A stretch of 64,000 nt of DNA from an uncultured Gemmatimonadaceae bacterium (GCA_963751275.1 CAVVTZ010000009.1:32001-96000), one strand, 5' to 3'. Positions 30,848 to 41,340 are shown, numbered from the stretch's first letter. Numbers and translations are program-made. Notes: generated from the letters alone by a model not told the origin.

Positions 30848-32518
30848 CGAACACGATCCGTACCGTCGAGCAGGGTGAGGAGCACGCGCGTCGAGTGGAT
30901 CTGCGTGGCGGGAATGGCGAAGAGGTCGTGGTCGAGCACGATGAGGTCCGCGGCCTTGCCGGCCTCGATCGAGCCCGTGGTCTTCTCCTGGAAGTTCGCG
31001 CGCGCGCCGTTGATCGTGTACGCGTCGAGCATCCGCTCGAGCGAGACCACCTGGTCCGGCAGCCACGGCGGCCCCGCCGGTGCGTCCGGATCCCGCCGCG
31101 TGACGCCGACCTGGATCGCCTCGAGCGGATTCATGGAGGAGACGTTCCAGTCGCTCCCGCCGACGATGGTGCCCCCCGCGCGCGCGACGGCACCGATCGG
31201 ATACAACCGCGATGAGCGCTCGGGCCCCAGCACCGGCTCGGTGAGATCCCGGATGTAACTGTCGCGATACGCCCACAAGCTCTGGAAGTTCGCGAGCACG
31301 CCGAGCTGGGCGAAGCGCGGCACGTCCACCGTGTCGACCATCTCGAGATGCGCGATCTGATGCCGCGCATCGCGCACGCCGTTCGCCGCGCGTGCGGCGG
31401 CGAACGCGTCCAGCGCCTCACGCACCGCGCGGTCGCCGATCGCGTGCACGTGCACCTGGAAGCCCGCCCGGTCGAGCGCGATCACGAGCGAATCCATCGC
31501 CGCCGGCTGGATGTCGGTGGGCCCGGTGCTGTGCGTGCCCACGTAGGGCGCGAGCAGCGCCGCGGTGCCAGACTCGATCACGCCGTCGGCGAAGATCTTC
31601 GCGCTGATCGGCCGCACACGGGCCGATGTGAATCGCGCACGCAGCGCCGACATGCCCTTCACCTGCACCACGCCGCCCGCCGGATCCACGAGGATCGCGG
31701 CCACCACGCGCACGGTCAACGCGTGCGCGCGTTCGAATGCCGGCGTACGTCGCGAGGTCGAGCGAATCCACGCTCGCGTCCTGCATGGACGTGATGCCCA
31801 GCGAATTCGCGAGCCGCAGCGCGGCGAGCAGGCCCTGCCGGTACTCGGCCGCCGTCCGAGCGGGCAGATGCTCGCTCACCAGCTCGGTCGCGGCCTCCCG
31901 CAGCGTGCCGCTCGGCGCGCCGGTGCGGTCGCGCATGATCGCGCCGCGCGGCGGATCGGGCGTCGCGGCGGTGATGCCGCTCATCGCGAGCGCGCGCGAA
32001 TTCACCCACGCCGAATGGCCGTCGGCGGCGCGCATGAACGCGGGCCGGCCCGGCGCCAGTGAATCCAGCAGCTCGCGCGACGGATTCGCCGCCGGGAAGA
32101 CCGGCAACGCCCATCCCCGCCCGCGCAGCCATCCGCCGCCGGGATGTTCCTTCGCGCACTTCCTGATCCTGGCTTCCACCATCGCGCGCGTGCTGTCGTC
32201 ATCCAGCACGCAGTCCGAGAGCGCCATGCCGCCGCTGATCGGATGCAGATGGCTGTCCTGGAATCCCGGAAGCAGCATCTTTCCGCCGAGCTCCACGACC
32301 CGGGTGCGCGGGCCGATCCACTTCGCCGCTCCCGCGTCATCGCCCACGTACACGATCTTCGCGCCGGTCACTGCCGCCGCCGTGGCGCGCGGATGCGCCG
32401 TGTCCGCCGTGTACACCGTGCCGCCGCGGAAGACGAAGTCGGCCGCCGTCTGCGCCGGCGCGCGCGCGGGAAGGAACGCGAGCGCCGCGAGCAGGGCGCC
32501 TCGGCGCAGGGCGCTCAC
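30831..32518 (-). CDS. Amidohydrolase 3 family (YtcJ-like); frameshifts near 31745 and 30862
   Basis: PGFQDSHLH, DGHSAWVNS, VHVHAIGDRA, IAHLE, GGSDW, GKAADL spread across two ORFs. Confidence 0.88.
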
Positions 32519-33042
32519 GGTTGCCACTCCTTGAGCAACTGGTCCACCTGGCTGTCGTACGAATACGCCGCGGCGGTGGCCAGCGCGCCGGCGATGAGCA
32601 TCGCGAGATTCGCCGCCGTGATCGTGCCGTTGCGCGGCGCGTTCGGCGCCACCTTGGCGTTCACCTTCGCCATCGTGATCTGCACCGGCAGCACCGGCAG
32701 CAGCAGCGCCGCACCGGTGAACCACGCCGGCATGCCGACGAAGAGCGCGATGTGCGCGATGAGATACGCGGCCGCGATCCCCACCGGGCTCCAGCCGCGC
32801 CACACGTTCTGCTCGCGGCCGCTGTCGCGCGCCAGTTCGAACAGCCGGTACGAGGTGAGCGGCGCGAAGAGCACCCGCCACGTGGGGTTCACCGCTTCTC
32901 CGCGCTGTTGATGCAGCCGGCGCCAGTTCTCCCACAGCCAGAAATACTGGTACATGCCCAGCGTGCCGAGCGTCATCACCACGAATTTCGCGGTGGTCAC
33001 AGGCCACCAGGGTGGCGGCGCGTCGGGCGCCTCGCCCGTCAC
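32515..33042 (-). CDS. Membrane protein of unknown function
   Basis: 175 aa, TLGMYQYFWLWENW, about 4 TM segments; closely packed in the operon. Confidence 0.7.
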   Translation of the reverse strand: MTGEAPDAPPPWWPVTTAKFVVMTLGTLGMYQYFWLWENWRRLHQQRGEAVNPTWRVLFAPLTSYRLFELARDSGREQNVWRGWSPVGIAAAYLIAHIALFVGMPAWFTGAALLLPVLPVQITMAKVNAKVAPNAPRNGTITAANLAMLIAGALATAAAYSYDSQVDQLLKEWQP

Positions 33043-33043
33043 G

Positions 33044-35059
33044 CTAGCCGAGTCTCTCGAGTTCGTCGCCGAGCTCGGCGGCGCTCGCCGGGCGGTCGTT
33101 GCGGTCGCGCGAGATGGTGCGCACGATGAGCGCCGAGAGCGCGGCCGGGACCTCCGGGTTCACCTCGACTGGCGGACGCGGCGGCTCGGAGAGCATCTTG
33201 CCGATGAGCACCGTGGCGGAGTCGGCCACCCACGGCCGCGCGCCGGTGAGGCACTCGTACAGCACGATGCCCGCGGAATAGAGGTCCGCGCGCGCGTCGA
33301 TCTCGTCGCCGAGCAATTGCTCGGGCGCCATGTATTCGGGCGTGCCCACGACCATGCCCGTGCGCGTCATCCCCTGCTTCCGCTCGGTGAGGCGCGCGAT
33401 GCCGAAGTCCATCACCTTCAGCACGCCGTCGGGCTGGACCACGAGGTTCTGCGGCTTGATGTCGCGGTGGATCACGCCTTCCTCGTGCGCCACCTGCAAT
33501 GCGCGCGCGAGCTGCTTGCCGATCGTGATCGTCGCGGCGGGCGGGAGCCGTCCCTTCTTCTGCAGCAGGTCGGAGAGCGACGTGCCGGCGATGAATTCCA
33601 TCGTGATGTAGTGGGTGCCGTCCGTCTCGCCGATGTCATGCGTGCGCACGACATTGCGATGCGAGATCTTCCGCGCGAGCCGGATCTCACTGCGGAAGCG
33701 CTCGAGCGCGGTGGGGTCGTTGCTCAGGAAATCGGAACGCAGCGTCTTGATCGCCACGGGCTCGCCGAGCTGCGTGTCGGTGGCCTTGTAGACGACGCCC
33801 ATGCCGCCCTGCCCGAGCGTGCTGAGGATCTGGTAGCGGCCGGCGAAGAGCGAGCCCTGTGTGATCGCCTTGCTCGTGGAGACGGTGGCCGCGTTCGCGA
33901 AGGCCTCGGCCTTCTCGCGTGACACCTGTGCGCGCTCGCCGCTCGTCTTGAGGGTCTCCACGAGCGCCTGCTGATCGCGCAATTCCGAGAGGAGCGCGCT
34001 GAACGCGCCCGCGAGCACGCCGGTCTCATCGCGCGACTTGATCGCGGGCGGGGCGCTGTAGTCGCCGCCGGCCGCGCGTTGCGCCGTGATGACGAGCGCG
34101 CCGAGTGGCCGCGTGATGCCGCGCGCCAGGAGGATCGAGAAGAGCAAGGCGAGGACGATGCCGATCGCCGCCGCCAGGAAGAGCTCATTGCGCAACTCGG
34201 TGAACCCCGCCGCCTGTTTGGCGCGGATGCGCAGCGCGATGAATCCGCCCAGCGGCCGCCCGCTGGCCGACCGGACGGAATCATCGCGCGCCAGGTACTC
34301 CGTGCCGGCGATCGAAATGATGCGCTGGTCGTACGTGGCGCCGGCGGGGAGGTGGGCACTCACGTGCGCCGCCACGGGACCGCTCAGGTCCGCGCCGCGC
34401 TGCAGGGTGCTTGCCGACACGCGGGCCCGCCCCGCCGAATCGTACGCGAAGAAGACCACTTCGCTGCTAGTGACCGCCTTCACCGCGTAGGCGAGCGAAT
34501 CGGAGACGTTCTTGGCGGCCATGAGTACGCCGATGATCTTGCCGGTCGGCAGCGCGATCGGCACGGCGACGGCCTGAAAGAGGACGGTGTCCTGCGAGAT
34601 GCCGTAGGCACTGATGTTCTGGCCTTCGAGGGCCCCGGTGATGAGCGGCGACTGCGCGAGCGACACCGGTGGCGCCGCCGGCATGTCGCTCCGGGCGAGC
34701 CTGACGCCGGCACTGTCGGTGATCTGCACCCAGGACGCGCCGGCGCGATCCGCGGCTTCGCGCGCCTGGTCGATGAGCGTGCCGGGCTTCGCGTGCAGCA
34801 CGAGATCGCGGAAGACCGGGCTTTGGGAGAAGGTGGTCGCCCCGCGCATGAGCGTCTGCTGCTGCCCGCTGAGCAGCGTGCTCGCGGTGCGCGCGGCCTC
34901 CGAAACGGACTGATCCACCGCGTTGCGCGCGGCCTTCTCGGCGGACGCATAGCTCATCCACATCGAGACGCCCATCGCCACGACCACCACGCCGGCCGTA
35001 CCGAGGAAGATCTTCCACGCGATCGGGAAGGAGGCGCGGTCCTGGACCTTGTCAGTCAT
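33044..35059 (-). CDS. Membrane sensor: TM-Cache-like-TM-HAMP fused to a Ser/Thr protein kinase
   Basis: Two TM segments; HAMP ITRPL...RDETGVLA; kinase LGQGGMGVVY, VAIK, HRDIKPQN, DFGIA, GTPEYMAPEQ. Confidence 0.9.
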   Translation of the reverse strand: MTDKVQDRASFPIAWKIFLGTAGVVVVAMGVSMWMSYASAEKAARNAVDQSVSEAARTASTLLSGQQQTLMRGATTFSQSPVFRDLVLHAKPGTLIDQAREAADRAGASWVQITDSAGVRLARSDMPAAPPVSLAQSPLITGALEGQNISAYGISQDTVLFQAVAVPIALPTGKIIGVLMAAKNVSDSLAYAVKAVTSSEVVFFAYDSAGRARVSASTLQRGADLSGPVAAHVSAHLPAGATYDQRIISIAGTEYLARDDSVRSASGRPLGGFIALRIRAKQAAGFTELRNELFLAAAIGIVLALLFSILLARGITRPLGALVITAQRAAGGDYSAPPAIKSRDETGVLAGAFSALLSELRDQQALVETLKTSGERAQVSREKAEAFANAATVSTSKAITQGSLFAGRYQILSTLGQGGMGVVYKATDTQLGEPVAIKTLRSDFLSNDPTALERFRSEIRLARKISHRNVVRTHDIGETDGTHYITMEFIAGTSLSDLLQKKGRLPPAATITIGKQLARALQVAHEEGVIHRDIKPQNLVVQPDGVLKVMDFGIARLTERKQGMTRTGMVVGTPEYMAPEQLLGDEIDARADLYSAGIVLYECLTGARPWVADSATVLIGKMLSEPPRPPVEVNPEVPAALSALIVRTISRDRNDRPASAAELGDELERLG

Positions 35060-35061
35060 CG

Positions 35062-35746
35062 CTAGTACTTGTCTCCTTGGGCCTCGTAGTCCATACCGTG
35101 CTTGTTCTTGTGCGCTTCCAGCCGGAAGCCGCGCGCGTCGAGCTGGACGTTCTCGCCGGTGAGGCCCGACGCCGGCACGTTCAACTTGCGCAGCAGCTCG
35201 CCGCCGCGCTCGTGCCAGATGTGCAGCGTGTACGCGCCCGCCGGAACCGCCGGGATCGTGAACGTGCCGTCCGAGCCGGCTTGCGTGAACCACGGCGTGG
35301 CGAGCACGACGATGACGGCGGACATTCTGCTCATGGATGTTGCAGAATACCGCGTACACGCCGGGGCTCTTGAGCACCTGCTGCAGGGTCGTTCCGCGGT
35401 CCGAGAGCCCATAGTCGAACGTGCCGCCGGCGGAATTGGAGAACGCGTTGTGCTGGAAGGGATCCTGATTCTGGAACTGGATGGTGCTGCCCTCGGTGAT
35501 GATCGTGATGTGCGGCAAGAATTCGCGCCCGTGCATGGTGATCAGCGCGTGCGATGGCTTGGTCGGGGACCTGGCTCCGGGCGCGGTCTCGAGATACACC
35601 ACGGTGTTCGCGAGATCGGGCGTGGACTTGCCCTTCTTCTCGATGACCGAGACCTGTCCGCTCACCGCGCCTTGCGCCGGGAGAACGACGCAGGCCAGGA
35701 GCAACGCGCACACCACGGACCCTGTTCGAACTGGCAGCATCGCCAT
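35062..35746 (-). CDS. Secreted cupredoxin-like / carboxypeptidase-regulatory-like protein; frameshift near 35330
   Basis: F.NQDPFQHNAFS, FCNIH..M, then DGTFTIPAVPAGAYTLHIWHER and HKNKHG.DY. Confidence 0.78.
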
Positions 35747-35837
35747 GACACTCCGTGCGCGGATGAATGGGACCGCCCTCATCCCGGAGGAAAATGTGCC
35801 CTGCGGCGCACGACGGAGTCAAGCACGGCGAACTACA

Positions 35838-35974
35838 GGCCCTAGTACCGCTTGAGGTGCGCGTCTGGGAGGCAGCGTGTAGTACCGCGCTGCGGGAGTG
35901 GATACGGCGGCTACTCCCGCATTGCCCTACCACACGCTGCCTCCCAGACGCGCACCTCAAGCGGTACTAGGCCC
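35838..35974. repeat. Family A element, copy 5
   Basis: ggccctagtaccgcttgaggtgcgcgtctgggaggcagcgtgt...acacgctgcctcccagacgcgcacctcaagcggtactaggccc; lies in a divergent intergenic region. Confidence 0.95.
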
Positions 35975-36039
35975 CACACGCGCCCCTGATACCCAGTTGA
36001 ACTCAGCGCCCCCGCGATTAGATTCGACAGCAATTGAAC

Positions 36040-36087
36040 CCGCGGCGATTTCTTGCGATTGCGGCCGCGTTACAAATCCTGCTAAAC
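36040..36087 (+). ncRNA. SAM-II/SAM-V class riboswitch aptamer
   Basis: CGCGGC-GATTT-cttgcga-TTGC-g-GCCGCG-ttac-AAATC-ct-GCTAAA shows P1, the GATTT/AAATC pseudoknot and the TTGC/GCTAA SAM pocket; it sits upstream of metK. Confidence 0.82.
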
Positions 36088-36181
36088 CGCTCGCGTGCAG
36101 AATGCAGTTCAGCCCGGGGGCGGTGGTCGCCTGCCGGGCTTCGTCTTTGCCGGCGGGCACTTCTCTGGAGCCCGTTCCCTC

Positions 36182-37376
36182 ATGACGCATTCCACCGGCG
36201 ATTCGTACGTCTTCTCCAGCGAGTCGGTGTCCGAAGGGCATCCCGACAAACTGGCCGACCGCATCAGCGATCGCGTGCTCGACCACTTCCTCTCGCTCGA
36301 CCCGAAATCGCGCGTCGCATGCGAGACGCTCGTCACGAAGAACTACGTCTGCATTGCCGGTGAGTGGCGGTCCAAGGCCGACGTGTCGGCGGCGGACATC
36401 GAGCGCCTCGCGCGCGAGGTGATCCTCGAAACGGGCTACGATGGCTTCGATGAACGCTTCGGCCACCAGACCGCCGTGGTCGATGTGCGGCTGCAGCCGC
36501 AGGCGTTCGAGATCGCGAACGCGGTGGATCTCTCCAAGGCGAGCGCCGAACTGCAGGGCGCAGGCGACCAGGGACTGATGTTCGGCTTCGCGTGCGACGA
36601 TACGCCGTCGCTCATGCCGGCGCCCATCACCTACGCGCACGCGATCGTCCGCGAACTCGCCCGCGCGCGCAAGGCGAAGGAGATCCCCTGGCTGCGCCCC
36701 GACGCGAAATCGCAGGTCTCGATCCGTTATCACGGCACGCATCCCGCCGAGGTCACGCGCGCGGTGGTCTCCACGCAGCACGAGCCCGCGGCGACGCTCA
36801 AGATGATCGGCGAGTACGTCATCGAGCAGCTGCTGCCCAAGGTGATCCCCGCCGCGCTGCTCACCAAGGGCTGGAAGGACCGCGTGCTCGCCAATCCCTC
36901 CGACGCCTTCACCGAAGGCGGCCCCGCCACCGACACCGGACTCACCGGGCGGAAGATCATCGTGGACAGCTACGGCGGCTTCGCGCGCCACGGCGGCGGC
37001 GCGTTCAGCGGCAAAGACCCCTCCAAGGTGGATCGCTCGGCGGCCTACGCGGCGCGGTGGGTGGCGAAGAACATCGTGGCGGCCGGCCTCGCGACCAAGT
37101 GCGAGGTGCAGCTCGCCTACGCGATCGGCGTGCGCGAACCGGTGTCGATCATGGTCGAGAGCTTCGGCACCTCCACGCTCACGCGCGCCGAGCTCGATGC
37201 ACGCGTGGCGAAGGCGTTCGATCTCACGCCGTTCGGCATCATTCGCGACCTGCAGCTGGAGAAGCCCATCTGATTACTCGACTGCGGCGTACGGGCATTT
37301 CGGCAGGGAGCCGGGCGAGGTGAGAGGCGGATTCAGCTGGGAAAGCCCATCGCGAGTGAAGGCGCTCGTCGGCTGA
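36182..37376 (+). CDS. metK: S-adenosylmethionine synthetase; 1-nt insertion near 37272
   Basis: SESVSEGHPDK, GAGDQG, GGGAFSGKDPSKVDRS; the C-terminal TAAYGHFGR...FSWE is recovered in the shifted frame. Confidence 0.96.
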
Positions 37377-37542
37377 ATCCGGTCGGTACCAGTCGTTGGT
37401 CGTACGCGTTTAGAACTACACGACAGGACGTTGTTGGCAGACCGTTGGGGTTCTTACGGCCAACGACGAACGACTGTGTCTGTTCCCCTACGGCTTTCTC
37501 CCGTCTTGTCAGGGCCCTTGGCGGGAGGTAAGGTAGGCACCA

Positions 37543-38649
37543 ATGGTCACCATCGGAGTGCCGTCGGAGACGACGGCCGATGAGGCGCGGGTCGCGCTCG
37601 TCCCGGAGAGCGTCGCCAAGCTCGTGAAGGCGGGCGCGGCGGTCGTGGTGCAGCGCGGCGCCGGTCTGCGCGCGGGGTTCCCCGATGATGCCTATGTGAA
37701 GGCCGGCGCGACGCTGGCGCCCGATGCGGCGTCGGCGTGCGCGGAGGCCGCGGTGGTCGTTCACGTGCGCCGCCCCTCAGCATCGGAGGCGGCGCTTCTG
37801 CGTCCGGGCACGGTGCTCATCGCGCTGCTCCAGCCCGCCGCGAGTGCCGATCTCTTCGCCGCGCTCGCGCAGCGCAAGGTGAGCGCGCTCGCCCTCGAAC
37901 GCGTCCCGCGCATCACGCGCGCGCAATCCATGGACGTGCTCTCGTCGCAGAGTACCGCGTCCGGCTACAAGGCCGTGCTGATCGGCGCCTCGGCGCTCGG
38001 CAAGTTCCTGCCGATGCTCACCACCGCCGCCGGCTCGATCCGCCCCGCGCAGGTGTTCGTGATCGGCGCGGGCGTGGCCGGGCTGCAGGCGATCGCCACC
38101 GCGCGCCGCCTCGGCGGCGTCGTTTCCGCCTTCGACGTGCGCGCCGCGGCCGCCGAGCAGGTGAAGAGCCTCGGCGCCACCTTCGTCGCGACCGACCTGG
38201 TTTCCGCGAGCGCGGAGGACAAGGGCGGCTACGCGAAGGCGCAGGCTGAGGATGAACGCGCGCGCACGCTGGACGCGATCGCGAAACATATCGTGTCGCA
38301 AGACCTCGTGATCACCACCGCGCTCATTCCCGGCAAGCCCGCGCCCGTGCTGATCACGGCCGCGATGGTGAAGAGCATGCGGCCCGGTGCGGTGATCGTG
38401 GACCTCGCGGCGGAAGCGGGCGGCAACTGCGAACTCACCAAGCCCGGCGAGACGGTGGTCGTGAACGAGGTGACGATCATCGGCGCCATGAACCTCGCGG
38501 CCACCGTGCCGCTGCACGCGAGCGAGATGCTCAGCCGCAACGTGCTCACGCTGCTGCAGCACCTGATCAAGGACGGCGCGATCACGATCGATCCCGCCGA
38601 GGAGATCACGAAGGCGATGCTCGTCACGCACGACGGAGCGATCCTGTGA
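37543..38649 (+). CDS. pntA: NAD(P) transhydrogenase alpha subunit part 1
   Basis: E.RVALVP, RITRAQSMDVLSSQ, GAGVAGLQA, DLAAEAGGNC. Confidence 0.95.
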   Translation: MVTIGVPSETTADEARVALVPESVAKLVKAGAAVVVQRGAGLRAGFPDDAYVKAGATLAPDAASACAEAAVVVHVRRPSASEAALLRPGTVLIALLQPAASADLFAALAQRKVSALALERVPRITRAQSMDVLSSQSTASGYKAVLIGASALGKFLPMLTTAAGSIRPAQVFVIGAGVAGLQAIATARRLGGVVSAFDVRAAAAEQVKSLGATFVATDLVSASAEDKGGYAKAQAEDERARTLDAIAKHIVSQDLVITTALIPGKPAPVLITAAMVKSMRPGAVIVDLAAEAGGNCELTKPGETVVVNEVTIIGAMNLAATVPLHASEMLSRNVLTLLQHLIKDGAITIDPAEEITKAMLVTHDGAIL

Positions 38650-38984
38650 GCCTCACACTGCTGCAGCTGTACGTGTTCGTCCTCGCCGCGTTCGTCGGCT
38701 TCCTCGTGATCACGCGCGTGCCGCCGCTGCTGCACACGCCGCTGATGAGCGCGACCAACGCGATCAGCGCCATCAGCCTCGTGGGCTCGCTGGTGGCCGC
38801 GGGATCCAACAAGGGCACCGTGTCCACCGTGCTCGGCTTCATCGCGGTCGCGGCCGCGATGACCAACGTCGTCGGCGGATTCATCATCACCGACCGCATG
38901 CTGAAGATGTTCAAGCGGGAGCCGGCAGCCGGAAAGGCGAATACGAGCCCGAGTCCCGAGTCCCGACTCCCGGGCAGTAAGTAG
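38646..38984 (+). CDS. pntA: NAD(P) transhydrogenase alpha subunit part 2
   Basis: LHTPLMSATNAIS and GGF.ITDRML.MF. Confidence 0.95.
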   Translation: MSLTLLQLYVFVLAAFVGFLVITRVPPLLHTPLMSATNAISAISLVGSLVAAGSNKGTVSTVLGFIAVAAAMTNVVGGFIITDRMLKMFKREPAAGKANTSPSPESRLPGSK

Positions 38985-38986
38985 TC

Positions 38987-40363
38987 ATGTCCGAACTCTT
39001 CACCCAGGGCAGCTACCTCGCCGCTTCGGTCCTGTTCATCCTGGGCCTGAAGAGTCTCACGCACCCCGACACCGCGCGCCGCGGCATGCAGTTCGCGGCC
39101 GTGGGCATGCTGCTGGCGATCGTCGGCACGCTCGTCCAGCACGAGATCGTTTCGTACGGCTGGATCCTGGCGGGACTCGCACTCGGCACGGCGATCGGGG
39201 TCCCGCTCGGCGTCTTCGTCCCGATGACCGCGATGCCGCAGCGGATCGCGATCTCGCACATGTTCGGCGCGCTCGCCGCGACGCTCGTCGGTGTCGCCGA
39301 GTTCTGGGTGCACGGTCCCGAGATCGGCCACGCGAAGATGGCGGCGCTCGGGTTCGAGGTGTTGTTCGGCGCGCTCACCGTGACCGGCAGCTTCATGGCC
39401 TTCGGCAAGCTGCAGGAGATCATCACGGGCCGCGCCGTGACCTACCGCGGGCAGAACGCCGTGAACATCGCGCTGTTCGGGACCACGCTCGCGATGTTCG
39501 GCTATCTCATCGCGAACCCGTACAGCCCGACGGTCTTCTTCGTCATGATCGGGCTCAGCCTGCTCATCGGCATCTTCATGGTGCTGCCGATCGGCGGCGC
39601 CGACATGCCGGTCGTCATCTCGCTGCTCAATTCGTACGCCGGCCTCGCGAGCTCGGCCACCGGCTTCGCGATCGGGAACAACGTGCTGATCATCGCCGGC
39701 GCGCTCGACGGCGCGAGCGGGTTCATCCTCTCGATCATCATGAGCAAGGCGATGAACCGCTCGTTCGGGAACATCATCTTCGGCGCATTCGGCGCGGCCG
39801 CGCCCAAGAGCGACAAGACGGCCAGCGGCCTGAGCGTGAGCCCGATCAGCGCCGAGGACGCCGCGATCCAGCTCGCCTACGCCAAGCTCGTGATCGTCGT
39901 GCCGGGCTACGGCCTCGCGGTGGCGCAGGCGCAGCACCAGGTGCGCGAGCTCGCCGAGTTGATCGAGAAGAAGGGCGGGGAAGTGAAGTACGCGATCCAC
40001 CCGGTGGCCGGCCGCATGCCCGGCCACATGAACGTGCTGCTCGCCGAGGCGAACGTGCCATACGATCGCCTGTACGATATGGATGAGATCAACTCGGAGT
40101 TCGAACGCGCCGACGTGTGCCTCGTGATCGGCGCGAACGACGTCGTGAACCCGGCCGCGCGCAACGACAAGAGCAGCCCGATCTACGGCATGCCGATCCT
40201 GAACGCGGACAAGGCGCAGCGCATCATCGTGATGAAGCGCAGCATGAATCCGGGCTTCGCGGGGATCGAGAACGAGCTGTTCTACAATGAGAAGACATCC
40301 ATGCTGTTCGGGGATGCGAAGGCGTCGTTGTCGAAGCTCGTGGCGGAGGTCAAGCAAGCGTAA
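38987..40363 (+). CDS. pntB: NAD(P) transhydrogenase beta subunit
   Basis: IGGADMPVVISLLNSY, HPVAGRMPGHMNVLLAEA, GANDVVNPAA. Confidence 0.97.
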   Translation: MSELFTQGSYLAASVLFILGLKSLTHPDTARRGMQFAAVGMLLAIVGTLVQHEIVSYGWILAGLALGTAIGVPLGVFVPMTAMPQRIAISHMFGALAATLVGVAEFWVHGPEIGHAKMAALGFEVLFGALTVTGSFMAFGKLQEIITGRAVTYRGQNAVNIALFGTTLAMFGYLIANPYSPTVFFVMIGLSLLIGIFMVLPIGGADMPVVISLLNSYAGLASSATGFAIGNNVLIIAGALDGASGFILSIIMSKAMNRSFGNIIFGAFGAAAPKSDKTASGLSVSPISAEDAAIQLAYAKLVIVVPGYGLAVAQAQHQVRELAELIEKKGGEVKYAIHPVAGRMPGHMNVLLAEANVPYDRLYDMDEINSEFERADVCLVIGANDVVNPAARNDKSSPIYGMPILNADKAQRIIVMKRSMNPGFAGIENELFYNEKTSMLFGDAKASLSKLVAEVKQA

Positions 40364-40405
40364 CGGCGGACATCGACTGTCGACTGTCGACTGTCGCCTG
40401 CGAAC
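40362..40405. repeat. Dispersed (ACTGTCG)n repeat starting at the pntB stop
   Basis: aacggcggacatcgactgtcgactgtcgactgtcgcctgcgaac. Confidence 0.88.
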
Positions 40406-40443
40406 GGTGGGGAACCGGACCCCCCACCCAGGGTAGCCAATCC

Positions 40444-41340
40444 ATGCGAAAATGGATCGTTGCCGCCGCGGTCGGCTTTCTTGCACTGCCCGCCGTCGCG
40501 CAGCCTGGGCTGCCGCCGGGCAACCGCCCCAACCGCACCGTCGAGACGCATTCGATCACCGATCCGGAAGGCTCGCTCATTGGGTATTACTCGGCGCTCA
40601 CGATCTTCGCGCCGGATGGGGCGCCGTCGCCGTCCAAGGCGTGGACCGTGGACCTCACCGCGAACCTCGGCTACGTGCCGCCGCTGAACTACGATCAGCG
40701 CACCGCGGGACGCGACAAGCCGGAGGCGACGAACCTCACATCGGTGTTCGGATATCCCAAAGTGACGCTCTGGCTGCCCTATGGCCTCGGCGTCGAGGCG
40801 GCGTACACACCGCCGTTCGACGTGAACGGCGCCATTCCGCACATCTATTCGTTCGCCGCCGACTGGCACGTCACGACGTGGAAATCGATTGCGCTCGTGC
40901 CGCGGCTGACGTATACCGGCGGCTACATCGAGGCGCCCATTACCTGCAACTCGAGCCTCGCCACGAGCGGCAACTTCAGCTGGGAATTCTATTGGGAGAA
41001 GATCTGCAACAGCCTCGAGAGCCATGACCGCTTCGAGCCGGACCAGTGGACGCTCGAACTGAACGGCTCCGGTTCGATCATGGGCGGAAAGGTGCTCCCC
41101 TTCGCCGGACTCGGCGTGGTGCAGTACAACTCGACGTTCGACATCCAGGTGCAGAACGGCAGCGGCGGGATCGACACCGATCATCCGATCCTCAAGATGA
41201 GCGCGACCAAGGGCTACGGCACGCTCGGCGCGACGTGGGTCGTGTCGAGCATGGTGCGGTTCGGCGGATCACTCTTCTATGCGCCGGGTTCGGTGTTCAC
41301 CGGCCGGCTCTCCGCCACGGTGAGGCTCAACGGCGAATGA
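40444..41340 (+). CDS. Secreted protein, possible outer-membrane beta-barrel
   Basis: Signal peptide, alternating aromatic/hydrophobic beta-strand pattern, one Cys pair. Confidence 0.6.
   Translation: MRKWIVAAAVGFLALPAVAQPGLPPGNRPNRTVETHSITDPEGSLIGYYSALTIFAPDGAPSPSKAWTVDLTANLGYVPPLNYDQRTAGRDKPEATNLTSVFGYPKVTLWLPYGLGVEAAYTPPFDVNGAIPHIYSFAADWHVTTWKSIALVPRLTYTGGYIEAPITCNSSLATSGNFSWEFYWEKICNSLESHDRFEPDQWTLELNGSGSIMGGKVLPFAGLGVVQYNSTFDIQVQNGSGGIDTDHPILKMSATKGYGTLGATWVVSSMVRFGGSLFYAPGSVFTGRLSATVRLNGE

Noticed and set aside
4345..35974. Family A repeats as a CRISPR array
   Set aside because: The copies are dispersed palindromes kilobases apart, not direct repeats with unique spacers, and there are no cas genes.
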